Part shown: one piece after another, positions 32,142 to 41,232 of the stretch | Layout: each line of letters opens with the position of its first letter | Numbering within the stretch: the stretch's first letter is position 1 | Source: a virus | DNA length: 57,126 nucleotides | IMG/VR virus record: IMGVR_UViG_3300033180_000002 | Location: 1-57,126 of that record | Strand: one strand, 5' to 3' | Position numbers and translations under genes: made by a program | The notes under the pieces: model-generated | The model's database searches: none | Seen by the model: the letters and a program-made list of their open reading frames with translations, nothing else | What the model was told of the DNA's origin: nothing

Positions 32142-34544
32142 TCACCTCGTCCCGTATGCCAGCTCGTTGGCCTGGTCGTTCATCTTCTTGTCAATGCGCA
32201 CGTCGAGGATATCGGTGATCTCCCTGGTGCCGAGGTAGACCTTGATCAGCGTGGTGCCGACGTTGCCCATCTTGCTGCCGAGGATGTCGAGCAGGCCCGT
32301 GCTCTTGGCGACCGCAGCCGCCCTGGCCGGATCGCTCATCGGGATGACCGCCTCCGGTCCGGCCTCGCCGACGACCGCCAGGGTGGGAGCGTTGACCAGG
32401 CCGCCGGATGCCAGCATCGGAATGTGCGGCAGTCCGATGTGGATGAGGCTGCCCACCCGGTCGATGCCGGAGTTGAATCCGCTGATTACGGAGTTGATCC
32501 CGGACTTGAGCCCGGACAGGATGTCGTGCCCGACGTTGCTCATGAAGCCGGAGACCCGGCCGGGCAGCTTCCTCACGAAGTCGACTACGGCGTCAGCACC
32601 GTCGCGCACCTCACGCTTCGCCCAGTCCCACGCACTGCGGAACGCGCCGCCGATGATGCCCGGGAGGCGGTTCATGAACCCGGCGATCTTGCCGGGCAGC
32701 TTGGTGAAGACGAAGACTATGGCGTCGACCTCGGTATTGAGGATCACCTTGCCGAGCGAGAAGGCCAGATTCCACAGGTCGACGAACAGGTGCCCGATGG
32801 CCTTGACCGCGCCCCAGACCAGGCCCGGCATCTCGATGAAGTACGCGATGATCAAGCCGACCCCGATACCGATCGCCATACCGGCCGCATGCAGGGCGTC
32901 GAGGAAGAGCTGCGCGAGCAGCGCGGGGAGCGCGCTCAGGGCAGCCCAGATCCGGCCGGGGATGCTGGCGAAGAAGGCAGGCAGGGTGACCGTGAACCAG
33001 TTGCCGATGTCCTTGCCGACCGAGACGATCCAATGCCAGATCCCCTCGAAGAACCCGGCGATTGCGCCCCCGGCGGACTTCAGTGCGTTGGTGACCGCAC
33101 TCCAGTTCTTGTAGATCAGGTATGCACCTGCGGCGATGGCGGCCACGGCGAGAATGATCCAGCCGACCGGGTTGAGTGCGTCCACGATCGCCTCATATAC
33201 GGCGACTGCGATCAGGGCGCCCCGGTACACCATCCATGCGGCTGCGGCTGCCGCCAGCAGGTCAGGGTGCCTGGCGAGCACGTCGGCGACACTCACCAGG
33301 AACGGCGTGATCTTGATGAGGGCGTCGGCGAGCTGCCCGGCGAATACCCCCGCCAGCTGAACGACCATCGGCAGCAGGGGTGTCAGCACCTGCTCCATGG
33401 TGCTCAGCGCGGTGTTCAACAGCAGGAAGAGATTCGCCAGCACCTCCTTGCCCTGCGCGGTGGCGAAGAAGGCGGCGAGCTGACCGACCAGATCGGACAG
33501 GAACCCGAGGGCCTGCGCGCCGTCTGCCTGGAGGGCCGAGATGATTGCCGTGACAAGATCAAAAACGTTGCCCAGGAAGCCACCGACCTGCTTCAGGATC
33601 ACCAGGGCATCACTGAAGAACTGCGCTAGCGCGCCCGAACTACGCGCCTGCTCGATGAACTGCGAGAACATCAACAGCAGGTTCGCGAAGCCGCCGGAAA
33701 GGCTGGCGAACAGCGGACCACCCACGGCGGCAAGGGAGATGAACGCGCCAGCGACCGCAGCCAGCGCCGGAATGAACGGCTTGATCGCCTGGTGTGCGGC
33801 GGTGAAGATCGAGGCGATGTCGGCCTTGCGGTTGCCGAAGGCGCGCAGGAAGTTGTCAGCGATCTTGCCCAGGTCCACCGAGATCCCGATGAAGCCCGTG
33901 TGCAGGGTTGGCAGGAGCTGGCGGGAGACCCGGGACAGCGTTCCTTCGAGCTGGTTGAAGAAGACCTGTTGCACGTCCTGCTGCAACTGGTGAAACGCCG
34001 GGTGCAGCGCCTGGATCTCCTTCACGAACGCCCGCGCGGACGGCGAAAGCTTCTTCATGGCCGCGTCGAACTGCGCGGCCCGCGCCGGGTCGAAGGCGTT
34101 CTTGAGGGCGTCGCCGACGCCAGAGAAGGCCAGCTTGAGCGTGACCGCCGCGCCGATGGCGGTCAGCATGGCGGCGGGCAGCGTCGCGGCCAGCGCGGTG
34201 ACGGCCGGGGCGAGGGCGGCGACCAGCTCGACGGCGAGGGCGATCAGGGTTGGCAGGAAGAGGCCGACGGCGGCCGAGAGCCCAGAGGAGAGACCCTTCC
34301 AGAGCGAGGATCCGCCCTTCCTGCCCTCCTTCTTCATGTTGTTTTCGATCTTGGAGTCGACGCCCTTGGCCAGCTCGTCGGCAGCCTGCTCGCCAGCCTT
34401 GGTCGCCGACTTGTCCAGCTCCTCGAACCGCAAACCCTTGGTCTGCTCGTCGAGCGCCTTCTTGATGTTCTGCCTCAGGCCGGGCGTGAACTTCGACAGG
34501 TCGGCGAACACCTGCACGAACGCCCGCCCCAGAACTCCAGCCAT
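32142..34544 (-). CDS. tape measure protein
   Basis: 800 aa with long Ala/Gly/Leu-rich helical and hydrophobic tracts. It sits in the classic position after the chaperone. Confidence 0.85.
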   Translation of the reverse strand: MAGVLGRAFVQVFADLSKFTPGLRQNIKKALDEQTKGLRFEELDKSATKAGEQAADELAKGVDSKIENNMKKEGRKGGSSLWKGLSSGLSAAVGLFLPTLIALAVELVAALAPAVTALAATLPAAMLTAIGAAVTLKLAFSGVGDALKNAFDPARAAQFDAAMKKLSPSARAFVKEIQALHPAFHQLQQDVQQVFFNQLEGTLSRVSRQLLPTLHTGFIGISVDLGKIADNFLRAFGNRKADIASIFTAAHQAIKPFIPALAAVAGAFISLAAVGGPLFASLSGGFANLLLMFSQFIEQARSSGALAQFFSDALVILKQVGGFLGNVFDLVTAIISALQADGAQALGFLSDLVGQLAAFFATAQGKEVLANLFLLLNTALSTMEQVLTPLLPMVVQLAGVFAGQLADALIKITPFLVSVADVLARHPDLLAAAAAAWMVYRGALIAVAVYEAIVDALNPVGWIILAVAAIAAGAYLIYKNWSAVTNALKSAGGAIAGFFEGIWHWIVSVGKDIGNWFTVTLPAFFASIPGRIWAALSALPALLAQLFLDALHAAGMAIGIGVGLIIAYFIEMPGLVWGAVKAIGHLFVDLWNLAFSLGKVILNTEVDAIVFVFTKLPGKIAGFMNRLPGIIGGAFRSAWDWAKREVRDGADAVVDFVRKLPGRVSGFMSNVGHDILSGLKSGINSVISGFNSGIDRVGSLIHIGLPHIPMLASGGLVNAPTLAVVGEAGPEAVIPMSDPARAAAVAKSTGLLDILGSKMGNVGTTLIKVYLGTREITDILDVRIDKKMNDQANELAYGTR
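33557..33566 (+). repeat. AT-rich motif copy (GATCAAAAAC)
   Basis: Context CAAGATCAAAAACGT; antisense to the tape measure. Confidence 0.8.
34341..34350 (-). repeat. AT-rich motif copy (GATCGAAAAC)
   Basis: Context CAAGATCGAAAACAA; within the tape measure in sense, read K-I-E-N. Confidence 0.8.
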
Positions 34545-34547
34545 AAG

Positions 34548-35117
34548 TCAGGATCCTACGGGGGCAGGCGGCTGAGCCTGTCCCATCAGGGCCGCAAACG
34601 CCGACTCGGCCGCGCGCTGGTCGTACATCTCCTCCGGCTTCACACCTTCCACGCCGATCGGCGGGAGCCTCAGGTCGATGTCGAACTTGTTGCGCTCCTT
34701 CTCGTCCATCGTGCGCACACAGATCACGTAGATGGCGTTCAGGGCCGCCGCGAGACTCACCGTGCCCAGGTCTACCCCGAGCCGGGTCAGCTCCCCGCCG
34801 ATGATGTGCCAGCTCGCGCCCGACGAACGGATCAGCCGGTCAGCCTCCCACCACGGCCGCCCCGCCGCAGCGGTCAGCAGCTCACGGGAGCGCACGGCGA
34901 TCTCCTCGGCGGTCAGCTCACCGTCAAGGAGCAGGTCGGCCACACGCTCCTCTGCGTCGCCGCCCATCAGGCCCGGGATCAAGGGCAGCGGCACATCCTC
35001 TTCGAGGATGGCCAGGAACCATTCGACCGCTGGCCGAGGAGGAACCACGAAGGTCTCCCCGGCCAGCTCTACCTCAAGCGCCCAGATCCGCAGCGCGGCA
35101 AGGGCGTCAGCGGCCAT
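34548..35117 (-). CDS. tail assembly chaperone
   Basis: 189 aa, directly upstream of the tape measure. It contains the pattern ...AAGRPWWEADRLIRSS..WHIIGGEL..LGVD..., which is seen in actinophage chaperones. Confidence 0.6.
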   Translation of the reverse strand: MAADALAALRIWALEVELAGETFVVPPRPAVEWFLAILEEDVPLPLIPGLMGGDAEERVADLLLDGELTAEEIAVRSRELLTAAAGRPWWEADRLIRSSGASWHIIGGELTRLGVDLGTVSLAAALNAIYVICVRTMDEKERNKFDIDLRLPPIGVEGVKPEEMYDQRAAESAFAALMGQAQPPAPVGS

Positions 35118-35544
35118 CGACCATGCTGTCGTTGATGCAACTCACCCACTGAGCCGCCTTGGCGAGACCGGGCCGGAGATCCGAGACCGCACTGCCAGCG
35201 GCCTGCTCGCGCAGCATTGCTGCCGCCTCTTCGACGGTCGCCCTCCGTCCGGCGCTATAGCCATTCGCGTGGCCCTCTCCGCGCCCGAGCGTCCGGCCCG
35301 TCTCGAATGCGATCTTGCGCAGATGGTCGTGCCGCCAGAAGTGGAACGGCAGCCACGTCGCGAGCACCACATACGCGAGGAGCTGGACCGGCCACGGCAC
35401 GTACCGGGCGATGTACTCCGTCCAAGGGATCGTCCAGCCGGTCGGATGCCACAACCCCGCGACCAGCTCCATAACGATCCCTATCAGGGTGACCCCGAGG
35501 AACACTATCGACCAGATCAGTCGCGCCCGCTTCAGGCCCGTCAC
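35107..35544 (-). CDS. membrane protein (145 aa) within the tail-chaperone region
   Basis: Has three hydrophobic segments (LIWSIVFLGVTLIGIVMELVAGLW..., PVQLLAYVVLATWLPFHFW). Confidence 0.5.
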   Translation of the reverse strand: MTGLKRARLIWSIVFLGVTLIGIVMELVAGLWHPTGWTIPWTEYIARYVPWPVQLLAYVVLATWLPFHFWRHDHLRKIAFETGRTLGRGEGHANGYSAGRRATVEEAAAMLREQAAGSAVSDLRPGLAKAAQWVSCINDSMVDGR

Positions 35545-35897
35545 CGGAGACGCCGGACCGGAGTCGCCCTCTTGGCGGGTGCCGTCTGGCCGTTGAACTT
35601 CTCGCCCGCCAAGCGGATCACGCCGAACACGTCCTCGGCCTTCACATCCCCGGCGATCATCGCGTCGTCGAGCCAGTCCTTGTCGTCGTCCTTGACGATC
35701 ATGCCCTCGACGACCTTGCCGAGAGTGCCGAGGTTGCGGATCAGGCGATCCCGCATCTCATCCGACAACTCCGCAGCGTTTTCGATCTTGGGCAGTCCCC
35801 GGCTCACCCGGGCCAGGACGACCAGCGCGCCTTCCGTCGGCTTGCGCATCTCGACCTGCCGACCGCCCAACTCGACCATCACCGTCAGCTCGCTCAT
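35541..35897 (-). CDS. hypothetical protein (118 aa), possible second chaperone-like protein
   Basis: The ATG at 35897 (MSELTVMVELGGRQVEMRKPTEG...) lies inside ORF 35541..35999. Confidence 0.45.
   Translation of the reverse strand: MSELTVMVELGGRQVEMRKPTEGALVVLARVSRGLPKIENAAELSDEMRDRLIRNLGTLGKVVEGMIVKDDDKDWLDDAMIAGDVKAEDVFGVIRLAGEKFNGQTAPAKRATPVRRLR
35778..35787 (-). repeat. AT-rich motif copy (GATCGAAAAC)
   Basis: Context CAAGATCGAAAACGC; within CDS 35541..35897 in sense. Confidence 0.8.
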
Positions 35898-36793
35898 GAG
35901 AGGCCCATCTCGGCGCCCCAGGCATTCAGCGCCCTGGCGGCCTGCACGATGTGCGGCACCACGTGATGGTCGTGCCGGAACGGCGCGGTGTCCGCCCACA
36001 TCTCGGCGTCGGCCATGCTCGGCGACGGGTCGGACGGGTCCGGAACGGGGGTCGGGCCAGGCTGAGACTTCGCCGTCCAGAAATAGACGTCACCGTCCCG
36101 CTTGCGCAGCTCCCACCAGTCCGATGCCCGCAGGTACCAGCGGCCCTGCGCACCCCACGCCGAGCCCCACGAGTTGTTGCCGCCGACCAGCAGCACGCCG
36201 GTGCCGTTGCCTGGCGCGTTGGCGGCCACGATCTCGTCCACGACCAGCTCATGGCCGCCCGCGAGACCCGACGGCACGCTGACCTCGATCAGGCCCGACG
36301 ACGGCGCGTCGAACATGCTGTTGAACCAGGGCAGGCCAGTGACCCCCGGGCGGTCCATCAGGGCCTGCAACGACGAGTCGAGGTCGAGGGCCGCCTGATA
36401 GCCGGACGCGATGCCCGCCTGGACGGCCATCTTCGACGAGGTGAGCCCGTCGGAGCCGGTGTCGTCCGGGACGTACGTGCCGGGGAAGCCGTCATTGGCG
36501 GTGTTGTCGTGGTACCAGGCGACCGCGCCCGCCTCGTCCGGCGCGTACCGCCAGGGCTGGCCGCCGGGCGCATAGAACGGCTCGTGATAGGCGCACGAGG
36601 TCGCGGCGTTGCCGGTGCACGAGCCGATCTGGCCCTGGTCGAGGACCGCGATGTGCTGGGCGTGCCGGACCGACGTGAGGATCCCCGTCGGCGGCTGAAG
36701 GGCGTACGCCTTCGACCGGCTGTCGAGGTTGACGTTGCGGCCCAGCAGCGGGTGCATGGGCAGCCGCTCCCGGTAGATGCTGACGACGCTCAC
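35894..36793 (-). CDS. papain-family (C1) cysteine peptidase
   Basis: Contains LDQGQIGSCTGNA (Gln/Cys), GGHELVV (His) and NNSWGSAWGAQGRWYL (Asn-Ser-Trp-Gly). The GTG at 36793 overlaps the upstream stop as GTGA. The N-terminal 170 aa of ORF 35894..37312 are an artefact. Confidence 0.7.
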   Translation of the reverse strand: MSVVSIYRERLPMHPLLGRNVNLDSRSKAYALQPPTGILTSVRHAQHIAVLDQGQIGSCTGNAATSCAYHEPFYAPGGQPWRYAPDEAGAVAWYHDNTANDGFPGTYVPDDTGSDGLTSSKMAVQAGIASGYQAALDLDSSLQALMDRPGVTGLPWFNSMFDAPSSGLIEVSVPSGLAGGHELVVDEIVAANAPGNGTGVLLVGGNNSWGSAWGAQGRWYLRASDWWELRKRDGDVYFWTAKSQPGPTPVPDPSDPSPSMADAEMWADTAPFRHDHHVVPHIVQAARALNAWGAEMGLS

Positions 36794-36987
36794 GCCTGCA
36801 CCTCGATCTCGACGGCCGAGATCAGCCGCTGCTCGGGGATGACCAGGCAGATCCCGGATCCCGTCTTGAAGATGAGCGTGTCGCCGACCGCGCCGATCTG
36901 CGCGGCTGCCGGGATATCGGCCGTGGCCGTCGGCGAGTCGTCGGTGTTCCAGGACCCGGACAGCCAGGTCACCTTGAGCTTCCTCAC
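36790..36987 (-). CDS. hypothetical protein (65 aa)
   Basis: The GTG at 36987 is preceded by AGGAGGAG. Translation gives VRKLKVTWLSGSWNTDDSPTATADIPAAAQ.... Confidence 0.45.
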   Translation of the reverse strand: MRKLKVTWLSGSWNTDDSPTATADIPAAAQIGAVGDTLIFKTGSGICLVIPEQRLISAVEIEVQA

Positions 36988-36998
36988 TGCTTCTCCTC

Positions 36999-37454
36999 CT
37001 ACGTGTCGCCGCCGCCGCTGGCGTCTGCTGCGGCGGCGCTTTGCATCTTCCAGCCCTCGCTTGTCGCGACCTCGCGCAGTGCGTCCCGCAGCCATGGCTT
37101 ACCGCGCCGGGCAGGCTGGTGGACCCATCTACGCACCATCGGCTGGCCGTGCCAGACGAATGCGAGGGCCTTCTTCTTCTTCGGGTAGATGACGAGGGCG
37201 CGGCGTCCCTCGTGCACGGCGAGCGCGTATTTGACCTTGGTGAACACCTCACCCGAGATCTTGTTGGCGCCGTTCGTGATCTTGAACTGGTGACTAGACC
37301 GCAGATTGCCATGGTCCACGGGCACCAACACCCGGGAACGGTTGAGCACCTTCAGCGTCGTCTTCACGACCTCGCGGCCCACATCGTCCTGCAAGATCCC
37401 CTGAATGACCGGCTGGAACAGGTCAACCCTGACCGACTTCACCCCGCCCGGCAT
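36999..37454 (-). CDS. HK97 gp10-like head-tail joining / tail completion protein
   Basis: VLVPVDHGNLRSSHQFKI...VKYALAVHEG matches the gp10-family pattern. Confidence 0.6.
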   Translation of the reverse strand: MPGGVKSVRVDLFQPVIQGILQDDVGREVVKTTLKVLNRSRVLVPVDHGNLRSSHQFKITNGANKISGEVFTKVKYALAVHEGRRALVIYPKKKKALAFVWHGQPMVRRWVHQPARRGKPWLRDALREVATSEGWKMQSAAAADASGGGDT

Positions 37455-37620
37455 CCGGAACCTCCTCCGTCACATCCCGAAGATAGCCGGTCTCGACATG
37501 CTGCGTGGCCCAGCCCAGGTCGTCCGCGTCCTGCTTGAACCGGTCGCCGACGTCGAGGGCGCTGAAACTCACCAGCACCTCGAACGTGCGCGGCGTGGCC
37601 TTACGGCTCGTACCGGACAT
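37423..37620 (-). CDS. hypothetical protein (65 aa), connector region
   Basis: ORF track entry in the connector region. Confidence 0.45.
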   Translation of the reverse strand: MSGTSRKATPRTFEVLVSFSALDVGDRFKQDADDLGWATQHVETGYLRDVTEEVPDAGRGEVGQG

Positions 37621-37630
37621 GGGGTCCTCC

Positions 37631-38956
37631 TCAACAGTCTGCGCACGGCGCCATCACCGACACGGTGACCAGCAGCTTACCGCCGGTGCAGCCGCCTTCG
37701 ACCGGCAGCGGCGTCCACTCCCCGACCGCCCGACGCTGCGTCGGCCGGAAGCAGCACGCCGCCGTACGCCGCATCAACGTCTGATGCACCATCTGCGTGT
37801 TGAACGCCGACGCCCAGTCGGCCGAGCTCGGCGGGTCGATGTTGTCGAACGAGTCACCCGAGTCCGACCAGGGCATACAGAACGAGACGCCCATCTCCAG
37901 CACCACGGCGTACGCCAGCGGGCCGCACGGCAGCCAGGTGTTGTCCGGCGCCGGGAAGCTGTCCCAGCTCGGATAGATGTTGGCGATGCGGATCCAGGCC
38001 AGCCCGGCGCAGCACTCGTCGACGTTCGCGCCGATCAGCGGCCCGGTCTCCTGGCCCACCCGCAATTGGATGTACCTGGGCGGCACCGGCAGGGTCGAGA
38101 GCTGATCCACGAAGCACGCCATCAGCTCCTCGGCGACCGGCGTGCCGATCGGATCGGTCGGACCGATAGTGGGCAAGCTGAACACGGCCGACATCCCCCC
38201 GGTGGCAGTCAGATTTGCGGACAGGAACACCGTATCCGGACCCAACACCGCGTCCATGCTGCCCGTGGCGGTCAGGTCCGCAGCCAGGTCGACTACGGCG
38301 GAGGTGGCCGCCTTGATCTCCACCCCGGAGATCGTCCAGTTCAACGATCCGGCGGGCACGGTCAAATCGATGGTGGTCGCACCGGCGGTCGGCTCTGGCG
38401 CGTACGCGAAATACTGCACGGTGTTCGACCCGATATGTCCGTCGAACAACCCATCTTCCACCGTGGTGATCGGCGCATACGTGTGCCCGGCGGGGTCGCG
38501 GCTGTTCTCCTCCGTCAACGCGAACGAGATCACCGAGTTGGCGGCCGTCGTGGTGAACGGGGCGGACATGGTGGCCGTGGTGCCGTGGGTGGCGGTGAAC
38601 ACGGCCGGTGTAGCGGCGAGGAGCGCGCTACCCCAACGCTCGACGACCATCGAATGCCGGGACGCCGCCGAAGGGGTGCTGGTGATCGAAAACGATGCGG
38701 GAGATCCCGCCACGGTGCACACCCACGTCCCGGACCAGCCAGCGAATCCGCCCGGCGCGACGAGCTGAACGGCCTGATACGTCTGGCCGCCGCCCGACGG
38801 CGTGCCCATCGACGTGCCGGTATCCCAGGTGCACGCCTTGACCACGATCACGTCCCCGTTGGAAGGGGAGACGGTGGCCGCCGAAGAGGTCAGCGTGGAT
38901 GCGTCGGCGCCGGGCGAGTACTGGGCGTCGGAGGCGATCAGAGATGGGCCCGGCAT
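37631..38956 (-). CDS. structural protein (441 aa): Thr/Ser/Ala-rich N-domain plus a Cys-rich C-domain
   Basis: ORF track entry. The C-terminal half contains DECCAGLAWIRIANIYPSW...CGPLAYAVVLEMGVSFC. Confidence 0.5.
   Translation of the reverse strand: MPGPSLIASDAQYSPGADASTLTSSAATVSPSNGDVIVVKACTWDTGTSMGTPSGGGQTYQAVQLVAPGGFAGWSGTWVCTVAGSPASFSITSTPSAASRHSMVVERWGSALLAATPAVFTATHGTTATMSAPFTTTAANSVISFALTEENSRDPAGHTYAPITTVEDGLFDGHIGSNTVQYFAYAPEPTAGATTIDLTVPAGSLNWTISGVEIKAATSAVVDLAADLTATGSMDAVLGPDTVFLSANLTATGGMSAVFSLPTIGPTDPIGTPVAEELMACFVDQLSTLPVPPRYIQLRVGQETGPLIGANVDECCAGLAWIRIANIYPSWDSFPAPDNTWLPCGPLAYAVVLEMGVSFCMPWSDSGDSFDNIDPPSSADWASAFNTQMVHQTLMRRTAACCFRPTQRRAVGEWTPLPVEGGCTGGKLLVTVSVMAPCADC
38684..38693 (+). 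repeat. AT-rich motif copy (GATCGAAAAC)
   Basis: Context GGTGATCGAAAACGA; antisense to CDS 37631..38956. Confidence 0.8.
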
Positions 38957-38966
38957 GGCCGCCGCC

Positions 38967-39365
38967 TCACTGCATTGTCAGGGTGAGCTGTCCCGCAAGG
39001 ATGCGAAGCGTGTCGCCCAGGTTGGTCGTCTTCGGCAGGACCGACGGACCCCACCACCAGCGGAACGGGGTTCCCGCGCTGTCCCAGATCTCCAGGCCGA
39101 CAATCGTGGCGGCAGGCATGTTGGTGAACACCACGTCGGCACTGTTCACCGTCGAGGTGGTGCCCGTGGCCGCCGGGAAGGTAACCGTCTGCGCCGCGTA
39201 CGTCGAGCCACCCGCGTTGACGACCTCAGTACCAGCAGCCGAGTCGGACCCGTTGACTGTCATCAGCCGCACCTTCAGCGGCGCCGTGGGTGCCGTCGCG
39301 GGGGCGTTGCCGGTCAGGAAGTTGAGGATCCGGGCCTCGGCGCCGTCTGTCAGGTTGTCGGACAT
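38967..39365 (-). CDS. virion structural protein (132 aa)
   Basis: Contains ARILNFLTGNAPATAP...VNAGGSTYAAQTVTFPAA...IVGLEIWDSAGTP, a pattern common in small phage structural proteins. Confidence 0.45.
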   Translation of the reverse strand: MSDNLTDGAEARILNFLTGNAPATAPTAPLKVRLMTVNGSDSAAGTEVVNAGGSTYAAQTVTFPAATGTTSTVNSADVVFTNMPAATIVGLEIWDSAGTPFRWWWGPSVLPKTTNLGDTLRILAGQLTLTMQ

Positions 39366-39373
39366 CTGCTACC

Positions 39374-40186
39374 TCACGGCCAGGTGGTGATGCGGTTCGG
39401 GGACTGGTCCATCGAGAACACCTTCGGCGACTGCGTCAGACGTCCCGGGTTGAACTGCACCACAAGCTGGTCAACCTCGTTGAGGCCGGTCAACCCCCGA
39501 TCAAGGTAGGTGTTGACACCGGGGAACTGGACGGAAACGCCCGCCCGGGTCAGCGACTGCATCCGCTGCGGCAGGCGGCACGGCTGGCCCGCGATAGACT
39601 TGCCGATCTCGCACGCCAGGATGCTGGCCGCGTCCAGGGCCTCCTGCGGCACTACGCGGCCGAACATGCCGGTCACGCTCCAGGTACTGGCCGCGCCCGC
39701 GTTCTTGTTCAAGTCCTGGCACTGCGGCCAGCAGGCGCCGTCAGTGCGGACCAGTAGAAACCCGTTGTCGATCCGGTAGGCGCTCGGGTCCACGGTGGCG
39801 CCGTCAACGATGACGGAGGTGATGGAGACGGTCTTAGGCAACTCCACCTCGCAGGAGGCGCCGCAGCAGTTGATCCCCGCGCATCCCGCGTTGTGCCACA
39901 CGCCGTTCTGGATGTAGAGCGGGTAATAGCTGTTGCCCTCGTCGGTACCCCACGGGTTGATCAGGTTCACCGGGTAGACCTGGTACAGCGGCGGCAGGCC
40001 GGGGGCATTGCACGGCCTGAGCGTGAGCGTGGCGGTCCCGAACTGCCGACCCGTCAGTGTGTACACGGTGAACGCTGCCAGGCGTAGAGCGAAGGTCTGC
40101 TGGTCGGCGGACAGGCTCGCCCACGTCGCCGAGCAGGCCGGGAAGTTCGTGACGGTCCAGCCGTCCGGTACCGCGCTGACCATCAC
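39374..40186 (-). CDS. head-to-tail adaptor-like structural protein (270 aa)
   Basis: Called from position. It is Cys-rich, with ACWPQCQD...LACEIGKSIAGQPCRLPQR. Confidence 0.35.
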   Translation of the reverse strand: MMVSAVPDGWTVTNFPACSATWASLSADQQTFALRLAAFTVYTLTGRQFGTATLTLRPCNAPGLPPLYQVYPVNLINPWGTDEGNSYYPLYIQNGVWHNAGCAGINCCGASCEVELPKTVSITSVIVDGATVDPSAYRIDNGFLLVRTDGACWPQCQDLNKNAGAASTWSVTGMFGRVVPQEALDAASILACEIGKSIAGQPCRLPQRMQSLTRAGVSVQFPGVNTYLDRGLTGLNEVDQLVVQFNPGRLTQSPKVFSMDQSPNRITTWP

Positions 40187-40244
40187 CCCTCCTCGTGGAG
40201 CGGGAGCCGCCGAACCAGCGACTCCCGCTTTACCCGATCGTTGC

Positions 40245-40937
40245 TCAGGCCGCGCAGCCGCAGGATGCGGTGGGCGGTGCGAGGTACGTCCACTGAAGGT
40301 GCCGATGCGTGTCGTTCGGCAGGGCGATCAGCAGCTTCTCCGCCGCCCCGGTCGTCATGTTGGCGAGGGCGTTCTTGGGGCCGGTGCCCCAGTTGGTGCC
40401 CTGCTTGGTGCGGCCCGCCACCGTGAACGAGATCGCACCGTTTTCGATCTTGAGGTCGCCGACGGTCCCCTCGATCACGTTCGGGAGCAGGAAATACCCG
40501 TACGGCACCAGCGAGAACGTGCCGAGCGTGACGCACTGAGGCTGCGACATGTTCGACCACACCTCCAGGCCGAACGCGCCCGCCGCGTAGTTGCTCGTCC
40601 GCGTCTGGAAGCCCACGGCCGACGGGGAGGCGGCGTCGTTCAGCACCAGCGTGGAGCCGGTGATCAGCCCGAACAGCTCCGGGTCGACGTTGCAGAAGGT
40701 GATCGTGACATCGATCCACTTGAGCTGCTTCGGCGACTTCTCGTTGACGCACATCACGCCAGCCGCGTTCAGGACCACGATTTCCTGACCCGATTCGACC
40801 TGGTCTTGCATCTCCACCGAGACGAAGCCGGTCGAGACGGCCGACACGCAGGAGCCCACCTTGGGCGTACCGCACGCGTCGATCGACTGGACCCGCATGG
40901 TGGTGCCCTGAATAGGGGCCTGACATACGGCCGTCAT
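40245..40937 (-). CDS. putative major tail protein (230 aa)
   Basis: The size and beta-rich composition fit, but the assignment is tentative because of its early position. Confidence 0.3.
   Translation of the reverse strand: MTAVCQAPIQGTTMRVQSIDACGTPKVGSCVSAVSTGFVSVEMQDQVESGQEIVVLNAAGVMCVNEKSPKQLKWIDVTITFCNVDPELFGLITGSTLVLNDAASPSAVGFQTRTSNYAAGAFGLEVWSNMSQPQCVTLGTFSLVPYGYFLLPNVIEGTVGDLKIENGAISFTVAGRTKQGTNWGTGPKNALANMTTGAAEKLLIALPNDTHRHLQWTYLAPPTASCGCAA
40440..40449 (-). repeat. AT-rich motif copy (GATCGAAAAC)
   Basis: Context CAAGATCGAAAACGG; within CDS 40245..40937 in sense. Confidence 0.8.
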
Positions 40938-40940
40938 CTG

Positions 40941-41222
40941 CTACTCCCTGGCCTTGCCCGGCCGCGACTTGCGGACCGGAGGGGTGTTCGGGTCTCCATC
41001 GTCGTCCATCACGTCCTCGGGGACCGGCCAGCGTTCGACACGCTCCGCGTCGAACGCCTCGGCCACATCCTCCGGCACGCTGAAGGACAGCGCGGCGTCG
41101 TGCTCGCCGCGCTGCGCCACGACGGTCCGGGCGCTGTGGCCCTTCTCGGCGGCCAGCTCCAGTAGGCGCCCCGCCACCTCGCCGTGCGGCTCGTGCTCGT
41201 TGACGATCACGATTCCAGTCAT
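40941..41222 (-). CDS. hypothetical acidic protein (93 aa)
   Basis: ORF track entry. Confidence 0.5.
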   Translation of the reverse strand: MTGIVIVNEHEPHGEVAGRLLELAAEKGHSARTVVAQRGEHDAALSFSVPEDVAEAFDAERVERWPVPEDVMDDDGDPNTPPVRKSRPGKARE

Positions 41223-41232
41223 GGTCAGCTCC

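Noticed and set aside
36794-37312. The N-terminal extension of ORF 35894..37312.
   Set aside because: It is Arg-rich junk overlapping two supported genes. The peptidase starts at the GTG coupled to the upstream stop.
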